DNA of 32,000 nucleotides from Planctomycetales bacterium (GTDB lineage Bacteria > 4484-113 > JAFGCY01): contig CP060262.1 of the NCBI GenBank assembly GCA_022646745.1, positions 3,180,001 through 3,212,000 of the forward strand, given 5' to 3'. Of this stretch, positions 13,948-21,120 are shown one piece after another; the first letter of the stretch is position 1, and each line of letters begins with the position of its first letter. The notes beneath the pieces are model-generated. The model was not told where the DNA came from. It saw nothing but the letters and a program-made list of their open reading frames with translations, and did not search any database. Made by a program: the position numbers and the translations under genes.

Positions 13948-15483
13948 ATGAATTTAAGTATCGACAAGGATAGCCGGGAGCCCGTCTACGAACAGATCAG
14001 ACGGCAAGTCACTGAACTGGTCAATGACGGGTTGCTGGCTGCCGGCCAGAAGATTCCCAGTGTGCGTGACCTGGCCAAGCAGCTGGGTGTATCGGTCAAG
14101 ACGGTCTACAGCGCATATGAAGCGCTGGCCGCCGAGAAGATCATCGAAACCCGTCACGGCAGCGGTACTTACATTACTGAGCATCCTGATGTGGTGACCG
14201 GCGCCAACCTGCGCACCCGTGAGGAAATGGGCGGCAGGCTGGAAGAAATCCCGCCGATGCGCTGGGAGCCGTACTTCCTGCAGAGTGGATTCTTTGGAAT
14301 GCCACCCTACAGAGATAAGAGCCAGAAACTGATCAGGATGTCACTGGGTTCACCTGATCCTGGTTTGTTTCCCTTTGACAAGATCAAGCAGGTGGCAACC
14401 ACCATGCTCTGGTATCCGAAGGAATACTTCTTCGACAGGGGAAATCCACAAGGATTTCATCCACTGATTGAGTATCTTGAAAAGGAAATGGCCCTGGAAG
14501 GTGTTCCGATGGCCGAAGGTGAGAATGACATCATTCTTACCGGCGGTTTCCAGCGTGCGTTGACACTTGTCCTCGACAGGATCCTCAAGCCGGGACAGAT
14601 GGTGGCAATCGAGTCGCCAACCTTTAGCGGAATAATGAACTTGCTGATGTCCAGAGAGATCGGATACGTGTCCATTCCAATGGATAAGAATGGCATGGAT
14701 ACCGATTACCTTGCTGGTGTACTCAATCAGGGAGAAGTTCGGGCGATAATCACGATTCCCACGTATCACAACCCGACTGGCATCACAATGTCCAAGGCTC
14801 GCCGCGAGCATCTGCTGAGACTGGCGGCCCGTCATCGGATTCCAATCATTGAGGATGACTGGGGACGTCAGCTTCGTTATGAAGGGAAAGCAACGCCCCC
14901 GCTTAAAGCAATGGATACCGGTGGTTATGTCATACACATAGGAACATTCAGTAAATGTTTCCTGCCGGGTCTGAGAATAGGATGGATAACCTGCCCTGCC
15001 CCTCTCAGTGTGTCCATGGTTCTTACCAAGCACGGAAGTGATGCAGGTGACAGTTTCTTCAATCAAGCGCTGTTACACGAGATTATCCTCAAGGGCCATT
15101 TCAGCAGGCACCTGAGAAAGACAATCCGGGAATATAAGCGCAGACGTGATGCGATGTGCGCCGCATTGTCAAAGAATCTCCCTGAAGGATGTTCTTTCCA
15201 TAAGCCATCGGGTGGATTCTATGTTTGGGTTGAATTGCCAAACAACATCAAATCACTACCCTTGCTTACATTCGCCAGGAATGCAGGAGTGGAATTCCTG
15301 CCATCTAGTTACTGTATGCCAGATAGAAAGGACGGACCTGCCTTAAGACTTTCCTTCAGTAGGACATCAGTTGAAGAAATAGAGGAAGGCGTGGGGACCC
15401 TCTGCCGGGTAATCCAGGATTGCATTGACAATCCGGATATGCTCAGCAGTGGGGCGCATTCCTATGAGGACCTGTACAAATGA
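13948..15483 (+). CDS. MocR-family transcriptional regulator (GntR-type wHTH fused to a fold-type I aminotransferase-like PLP domain)
   Basis: The N-terminal PVYEQIRRQVTELVNDGLLAAGQKIPSVRDLAKQLGVSVKTVYSAYEALAAEKIIETRHGSGTYI is a GntR HTH. The C-terminal ~400 aa show aminotransferase class I/II features, including the PLP-lysine context GTFSKCFLPGLRIGW. Confidence 0.9.
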   Translation: MNLSIDKDSREPVYEQIRRQVTELVNDGLLAAGQKIPSVRDLAKQLGVSVKTVYSAYEALAAEKIIETRHGSGTYITEHPDVVTGANLRTREEMGGRLEEIPPMRWEPYFLQSGFFGMPPYRDKSQKLIRMSLGSPDPGLFPFDKIKQVATTMLWYPKEYFFDRGNPQGFHPLIEYLEKEMALEGVPMAEGENDIILTGGFQRALTLVLDRILKPGQMVAIESPTFSGIMNLLMSREIGYVSIPMDKNGMDTDYLAGVLNQGEVRAIITIPTYHNPTGITMSKARREHLLRLAARHRIPIIEDDWGRQLRYEGKATPPLKAMDTGGYVIHIGTFSKCFLPGLRIGWITCPAPLSVSMVLTKHGSDAGDSFFNQALLHEIILKGHFSRHLRKTIREYKRRRDAMCAALSKNLPEGCSFHKPSGGFYVWVELPNNIKSLPLLTFARNAGVEFLPSSYCMPDRKDGPALRLSFSRTSVEEIEEGVGTLCRVIQDCIDNPDMLSSGAHSYEDLYK

Positions 15484-17501
15484 GGCTGAAATCAATCATT
15501 ACAATCGTGGGAGTGCTGCTGGCTCTGGCAGCCTGCCGGGGTTCCGGGCCTGGTCTGTCAGCTCCGGATATCCGCGTAAGTTCCCTGTATGGCTCTGACC
15601 TCAGCGGGCTGCAGGTTGAGGTCAGCGACAGGACGATCAAGCTGTCAACTGACAGGATTGACAGTAAGGGCTTGTTCCTGCTGCTGGGGTCTGGCAGCTA
15701 CCACCACTTCAACCTGGTGAATCGAAACGAGAATGACAACCTGCTGTATGTCCAGGGCGAAGGCAGGTCTGGATTTGAAATCGGCATTGTGCCAATAGAT
15801 ACAGAATCATCCACAAGGTTCGTGGCAAGCTTTGAGCTATCTGAAACACCTGAGCTGCGCAGCACCAGCCTGTTTGAGGATCCCTACAGGGTTGATGAGA
15901 TCATTGTCGTCCCCTCCCCGCTTGACAATTATGTATCGCTCAACTGGGTCGAGAAGAACATTGGCGATTATGACTTCAACGGAGAGGTCAATTCCGCGGA
16001 TCTAGTGCCGATCGTGACGAATCTCGGCGAAAGCGGATTCAGGAATAGCACAGCTGCCAACACGACAAAGCTCTTCTACATTGACGGCGATGAAAACAAT
16101 GAAATCAACCTGGCTGACATCGTTCCGATCGCCAGGAACTTTGGCAATTCAATTTCGGGTTACTACATCCACAAGAACGGGGAACCTGTATTGGATCCTC
16201 TGAGTGGGGAACCAGCCTTTTATGGAAGACCTGGCCCTATTGATGCTGAACCGAAGGATTGGATCATCAATGACGCGCCAGTCTTCTTCCAGGTCAGCGT
16301 AGAGGGAAGCTTTGAAGACCAGTACAGCCTGGTACCGGTTGACAGTGAAGGCGATGTGCAGTCTCAGTCCGTCGTCTTTGACGGCGTGGAACTGCAGTCG
16401 TATATGACACCACATGAGGCATTGCAGGGCCAGGGGATCAGCCTGTTTGATCTTTCCGGCGGCGGAAGGACTGTCCCTGATTACAGTGAAATGCTTGGCA
16501 GCTACTTCTGTGTAATGCGCATAATCTGGCCTGATGATACCGTGGATGGGATAGATGAACCGCCGGACATGCTTGATCCGCTCTATTGGAACTCTGTGCC
16601 CCAGAGCTTTGATGAAGGCACGCGTGAACCAGGTGAGGGATATCGCTTTGACAAACTGAAACGACCCAGCCCTGACTCCACTGCTTCAACGCCCTACATC
16701 CTGGAGATCCTGTTCGCTCCCACCGTTGACCTGTTGACCGGTGAACAGCGCAGCTATGGTGGAAGCAAGGTGCCGAACAGCTTCTACTACCGCCTGGCCG
16801 TGCCTGTCTACATCCCGCATGGCCACCGCACGGTGTTCGCGGACTTCACCCTGGACCTGGTACCTGAGAAGGAAGGACCCGGCTATGACATCATGCTGTA
16901 CAACCACCAGTACCAGACAGGCGATGAGTTTGACAACAGTGTGATCCGGATTGAACTCGAGCAGGACGGCATCAATGGCGGACTGGACTCCTGGGTCAGC
17001 CGTGTCCATGATCCCGTGCCGGACTTCCGCTATCTGACCGGTGACTTTACCTACAGTCCGCGATTCCACGACAGCAATGGCGACGGCCTGAGCGACCAGC
17101 TGCAGCGCCGTCTGATCACTCAGGCTGACGCTCAGTATTACAACCTTGACCCATTCCCGATCATCCTGTCTGCTGAGCCGCAGAAGTATGATCCACTGTT
17201 GGGCAGTCTTGACCTGTTCGATGTCCGCAAGGTGCTCTCCGGTGGACAGGAAGTCTTCTATGCCGCTTCACGGACTGTCCAGCTCTGCGAGACCACCCGC
17301 TTCAACTGGGTGATCCGCGACGAGAATGGTGAGCATCCCGTACAGGTCAGTCCGGAACTGCTCAATGGTCTTGGCAACAATGCTGAGATCCTGATGGATG
17401 TCTCCGTTCAGGAGGGCCAGAACCTCGGTGTGTACGGACTTCCATCCTTTATCTGGGTCGATGAACAGACCATCACCCTTGACCTGATCAACGCCAATTA
17501 A
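15480..17501 (+). CDS. Lipoprotein with a dockerin-like Ca-binding module and an otherwise unrecognised ~450-aa C-terminal region
   Basis: The lipobox is VLLALAA-C19. The dockerin-like pair GDYDFNGEVNSADLVPIVTNLG...DGDENNEINLADIVPIARNFGNS spans aa 155-224. There is no CxxCH motif. Its ATG overlaps the MocR stop (ATGA). Confidence 0.8.
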   Translation: MRLKSIITIVGVLLALAACRGSGPGLSAPDIRVSSLYGSDLSGLQVEVSDRTIKLSTDRIDSKGLFLLLGSGSYHHFNLVNRNENDNLLYVQGEGRSGFEIGIVPIDTESSTRFVASFELSETPELRSTSLFEDPYRVDEIIVVPSPLDNYVSLNWVEKNIGDYDFNGEVNSADLVPIVTNLGESGFRNSTAANTTKLFYIDGDENNEINLADIVPIARNFGNSISGYYIHKNGEPVLDPLSGEPAFYGRPGPIDAEPKDWIINDAPVFFQVSVEGSFEDQYSLVPVDSEGDVQSQSVVFDGVELQSYMTPHEALQGQGISLFDLSGGGRTVPDYSEMLGSYFCVMRIIWPDDTVDGIDEPPDMLDPLYWNSVPQSFDEGTREPGEGYRFDKLKRPSPDSTASTPYILEILFAPTVDLLTGEQRSYGGSKVPNSFYYRLAVPVYIPHGHRTVFADFTLDLVPEKEGPGYDIMLYNHQYQTGDEFDNSVIRIELEQDGINGGLDSWVSRVHDPVPDFRYLTGDFTYSPRFHDSNGDGLSDQLQRRLITQADAQYYNLDPFPIILSAEPQKYDPLLGSLDLFDVRKVLSGGQEVFYAASRTVQLCETTRFNWVIRDENGEHPVQVSPELLNGLGNNAEILMDVSVQEGQNLGVYGLPSFIWVDEQTITLDLINAN

Positions 17502-17519
17502 CTCTTTCAACCAACCGTG

Positions 17520-17558
17520 ACAGGGACACCGCTATTGCCGGTGTCCCTGTTTTTTTTT
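17520..17558 (+). terminator. Strong intrinsic terminator after the MocR-lipoprotein unit
   Basis: A perfect 12-bp stem pairs ACAGGGACACCG (17520-17531) with CGGTGTCCCTGT (17539-17550) around a 7-nt loop. A T9 run follows immediately. Confidence 0.85.
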
Positions 17559-17613
17559 GCTGGCAGTTGATAGAATCCTCCCATCATCTACACGGGGCCG
17601 TGGGGAGTCTGGG

Positions 17614-18594
17614 ATGAAACTAACGACAGTTGGCGGGGCGCTGGCAGTCACAGCACTGGCCTTTGTCCTGCTGCTGCCCGGCGCATTGTTCAGCCAGGAA
17701 GAGGAAGACCAGCAGCCCCTGCTGGAATGGCACGGTGAAAGCCCCCACTGGGAACCCGGACAGGAGTTCAGTGCAGTCAAGGGTTCCACCTGGATCGGCA
17801 GCCGGGAGTGCCTCTACTGCCACGAGGAACTCAAGATGGACTTCCTCGCCACGGCCCATGCCCGATCCCTGCACAAGGCCGAGATCAGCCTGGACCGCCA
17901 GGGTTGCGAGGCCTGCCATGGTGCAGGTGGCGGACACCAGATGCTGCGCAGCCGGGGTGCGATCTTCGCCTTTGACTGGGAAGACTCCTCGCACGAGAAC
18001 AACATCTGCCTGCGCTGCCATGAATGGCTGACTACCAACCGTGAGTGGGAGCGCACAAGCCACGCCCGCGCTTCCCTGCGCTGCAGTGATTGTCACGACC
18101 CGCACCAGAGCCATGACAGCGGGATGCGCCACCTGCTGCTGGCAGATGTCAACGAACTGTGCATCAGCTGCCACCAGGTAACTGCTGACGATTTCCGTAA
18201 CTTCAGCCACCATCCAGTGCAGGTGGACAGCGCTAACGAGCCGGACGGTGGTGTGATGAACTGTACGGACTGCCACGAGGTACACGCCGGCCATGGTCCG
18301 GCAATGCTCGCTGAGCGCAAGGTGCGAAACCTCTGCCTGACCTGCCACATGGACAAGGGCGGCCCGTTCAAGTTCGCCCATATGTCCGTCGATGACGCAC
18401 TTGGCGATAGTTGCCTCAACTGCCACAGCTCACATGGCAGCAGCAACCCGGGACTGACCCTGATGGATGGGCGGTCGCTTTGCCTGCAGTGCCATACCGA
18501 CCGCAGCGAGCACAATGCACCGACCACCTGCTGGACGACAGGCTGCCACCATGCAATGCACGGCAGCAACAATGATCCCTTCCTGAGGTTCTGA
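17614..18594 (+). CDS. Periplasmic multiheme c-type cytochrome (10 heme-binding motifs), MtrA/DmsE/MtoA/PioA-like
   Basis: The signal peptide is MKLTTVGGALAVTALAFVLLLPGALFS. Nine CxxCH motifs are present: CLYCH, CEACH, CLRCH, CSDCH, CISCH, CTDCH, CLTCH, CLNCH and CLQCH. One CxxxxCH (CWTTGCH) is also present, along with many spare His residues and a C-terminal CHHAMHGSN. A GGGGAG SD precedes the ATG at 17614. The ORF-track start at 17557 falls in the terminator T-tract. Confidence 0.85.
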   Translation: MKLTTVGGALAVTALAFVLLLPGALFSQEEEDQQPLLEWHGESPHWEPGQEFSAVKGSTWIGSRECLYCHEELKMDFLATAHARSLHKAEISLDRQGCEACHGAGGGHQMLRSRGAIFAFDWEDSSHENNICLRCHEWLTTNREWERTSHARASLRCSDCHDPHQSHDSGMRHLLLADVNELCISCHQVTADDFRNFSHHPVQVDSANEPDGGVMNCTDCHEVHAGHGPAMLAERKVRNLCLTCHMDKGGPFKFAHMSVDDALGDSCLNCHSSHGSSNPGLTLMDGRSLCLQCHTDRSEHNAPTTCWTTGCHHAMHGSNNDPFLRF

Positions 18595-18597
18595 GCC

Positions 18598-20382
18598 ATG
18601 AATGCAAGCAAGAGATTGTCAGTCGGACTGTTCTGCATCCTGCTCCTCAGCGCGGACGTTGCCCATGCCGGCAAGGTGGAGATCTACGTTGACGGTTATC
18701 CGCGAGTGTTTGATATTCCCGAAGACCTGGAAATGTACGAGCTGGAACCCGTCCTGATCCTCGAGGACAACCGCGCACTGCTGCAGGAATACTGCATCCA
18801 ATGCCCGCAGTCCGCAGTGCTGGGAGCCGGAAACCAAAGCTGGGACCGTGCGCTTGACGACCAGGGCCAGTATCTCGGCGAGCGGGATATCCAGCCCTAT
18901 CTGCGCGACATCCGCTACAGGGATTACCTGAGCAGTGAGGAATGGAATGGGGTCTGGGGAGACATCAACTATCCCGGCCGGATGCGACTTGACCTGGACC
19001 ACAGCGGTCCGCTGTGGAGCTTCGATGGTAGTTTCATGCGCTATGCAGGAAATACAATCGGACCCGATGGCAGGAAAGAAGAAGAAGTTTTACTGCTCGG
19101 TCAGAAGGAGCGGACGCAGTTCGACTTCGTCCTGCGTAGCGGTGGCATGGATGGTGGCAACCAGTTCCTGAAGGGCCAGTACTACAAGGTCAATGTGGAT
19201 GAAATGCCCTTCCAGCCGGTTGATGTCGAGCACCTGCGTATCGGGGCTGGATTCCGCATGGTGGAATGCCCGGGAATGCTCACGGCGGAAGTCTACAGCG
19301 GATTTTACAAGTCTGACCGCCAGGCAATGGACAACACATACAGTGGTGCCAAGGCGGATGGATACCTTTACATCGATGATGACCTTACGTTTGCTGCTTC
19401 AGGCAATACGACGGACATTGACATGTCCCTGCAGAATGGCAATGCTACTCGCAGCGACAGTGAAGCCGAACTTGAGTATCAGTTCAGTGATGAATGGAGC
19501 CTGAGTGCCGGCGTCAATGGCTATCGTGACAACAGCGACATCAGTGGGGTCAGCGACGCACGTAACTACACGGAGCGGATTGCCAGCCTGGATTACCACC
19601 CTTCCGGCCGGACCAGCGTCAATCTGAGCCTCTCCAGGCGAGAGGTTGACTACCAACGACTGCAATGGGAAAACAGTGAACTTTATAAACTTAACCTGAG
19701 GGACCCTGAACTGGATCGCGCTGAATTGGCTGCATTCCGGGTTTCAGAGGAAGCCGACTATGACAGCCTCCGTCTGCGCAGCAATTTCAGGCTGGATTCG
19801 TGCAGCAGGCTAAGTGCGGACTTTCGCCGTGATGATTATGGAAGCCTGCCTGAAGTCGGTGATTACGAAACACGTGCACTCCAACCGTCCTATTTTGCCA
19901 ACCAGCGCCAATGGGGCAGCGTCTTCTATCAGCGCAGTTTCAGTAATGGTGGTGAGTTGCAACTCACCGCTGCCGAGCATAGCCGTGATAACGATGTGAG
20001 GGACAGTAACTACTGTTCCCGGCGTTATTCAATCAGCTACGGGGACCTGATTGGCTGCAACTCACGCTGGCGCGCAAGCATCGGCCGTAGTGAAGTGGAC
20101 CTTGATGGCGCTGGGATTGACGTCATCTGGGATTCACAGTCCACGGACTACGGTCTTGACTTCAGCGGTTGCGGAAACTGGACGGCATACCGCCTCAGCC
20201 TGGCTCACCACGTGCGTGAGGGCAGCGCCAGCGGCGACTACAACTCACTCGGTCTGGAACTTGACCTGAATGACTCCCCGCTAGTAGTGAACAGCTGGTG
20301 GCGCCAGCAGGATGCGGGGCTGAGCCCCCTGTCCTATTCAGACGATATCGGGCTGTCACTCGGATGGAACATCCGCTTCTGA
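18598..20382 (+). CDS. Predicted outer-membrane beta-barrel protein, candidate MtrB/PioB/MtoB-like porin partner of the cytochrome
   Basis: The gene starts 3 nt after the cytochrome stop. The signal peptide is ...LLLSADVAHA-GK. There are no hydrophobic helices. The sequence is rich in D/S/G/Y/R, with alternating-polarity stretches (TAYRLSLAH, SLGLELDL, IGLSLGWNIRF) and a C-terminal Phe beta-signal. An N-terminal CxxC (C66-IQ-C69) is present, as reported for MtrB. Confidence 0.7.
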   Translation: MNASKRLSVGLFCILLLSADVAHAGKVEIYVDGYPRVFDIPEDLEMYELEPVLILEDNRALLQEYCIQCPQSAVLGAGNQSWDRALDDQGQYLGERDIQPYLRDIRYRDYLSSEEWNGVWGDINYPGRMRLDLDHSGPLWSFDGSFMRYAGNTIGPDGRKEEEVLLLGQKERTQFDFVLRSGGMDGGNQFLKGQYYKVNVDEMPFQPVDVEHLRIGAGFRMVECPGMLTAEVYSGFYKSDRQAMDNTYSGAKADGYLYIDDDLTFAASGNTTDIDMSLQNGNATRSDSEAELEYQFSDEWSLSAGVNGYRDNSDISGVSDARNYTERIASLDYHPSGRTSVNLSLSRREVDYQRLQWENSELYKLNLRDPELDRAELAAFRVSEEADYDSLRLRSNFRLDSCSRLSADFRRDDYGSLPEVGDYETRALQPSYFANQRQWGSVFYQRSFSNGGELQLTAAEHSRDNDVRDSNYCSRRYSISYGDLIGCNSRWRASIGRSEVDLDGAGIDVIWDSQSTDYGLDFSGCGNWTAYRLSLAHHVREGSASGDYNSLGLELDLNDSPLVVNSWWRQQDAGLSPLSYSDDIGLSLGWNIRF

Positions 20383-20424
20383 TCTTCGCGATAGAATCTA
20401 GGGAGATGATTCGGAGGAAGCGGT

Positions 20425-21105
20425 ATGAGCAAGATCGGAGTTGTGCTGTCCGGCTGTGGTGTATTCGACGGTAGTGAGATCCATGAGGCCGTTGCAGTAC
20501 TGTTGGCTCTGGCAAGGGCCGGTGTGAACTACCAATGCATGTCCCCGGACACAGAGCAGATGCATGTTGTCAATCACTTCACAGGAGAAGTCGCCGAAGG
20601 GCAGAAACGCAATGTGCTTGTGGAATCGGCCCGCATCGCACGAGGTGACATAAAGTCGATCTCTTCCGTGAACATCAATGACTATGATGGTCTGGTGTTC
20701 CCCGGGGGTTTTGGTGCAGCAAAGAACCTATGCAATTTTGCTGTTGCCGGTGCTGACTGTGATGTGAACTCCGATGTAGCCAGGCTGGTCCAGGCTGCCC
20801 ATGCAGCGGGGAAGCCGATGGCATTTGTTTGCATCAGCCCAGTCATTGCGGCCGCGTTGCTGGGTAATCGCGGAGTAAAGGTGACAATCGGGGATGATGA
20901 GGAAGCTGCCAGACAGATCAGCGAAATGGGTGGCCAGCACCTCAACTGCACTGTCAAGCAGATGGTGGTTGACAACGAAAACAAGATAATCACCTCGCCT
21001 GCATACATGAAGGCTGAGAACATTGCTGATCTGTTTGATGATGTGACGGCAAGTGTTAACGCGCTGATGGAAATGATCAACAACCAGGCTGCATCGAGTG
21101 CCTGA
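20425..21105 (+). CDS. elbB: ElbB-type DJ-1/PfpI family protein (isoprenoid biosynthesis glyoxalase ElbB)
   Basis: MSKIGVVLSGCGVFDGSEIHEAVAVLLAL...FPGGFGAAKNLCNFA...ITSPAYM aligns closely with E. coli ElbB as I recall it. A GGAGGA SD is present. Confidence 0.85.
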   Translation: MSKIGVVLSGCGVFDGSEIHEAVAVLLALARAGVNYQCMSPDTEQMHVVNHFTGEVAEGQKRNVLVESARIARGDIKSISSVNINDYDGLVFPGGFGAAKNLCNFAVAGADCDVNSDVARLVQAAHAAGKPMAFVCISPVIAAALLGNRGVKVTIGDDEEAARQISEMGGQHLNCTVKQMVVDNENKIITSPAYMKAENIADLFDDVTASVNALMEMINNQAASSA

Positions 21106-21120
21106 TCCACAATAGATGCC

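Noticed and set aside
17557-17613. A longer N-terminus for the multiheme cytochrome (ORF-track start 17557).
   Set aside because: That start codon lies within or next to the T-tract of the upstream terminator (17550-17558). The ATG at 17614 has a GGGGAG SD and begins directly with a textbook signal peptide.
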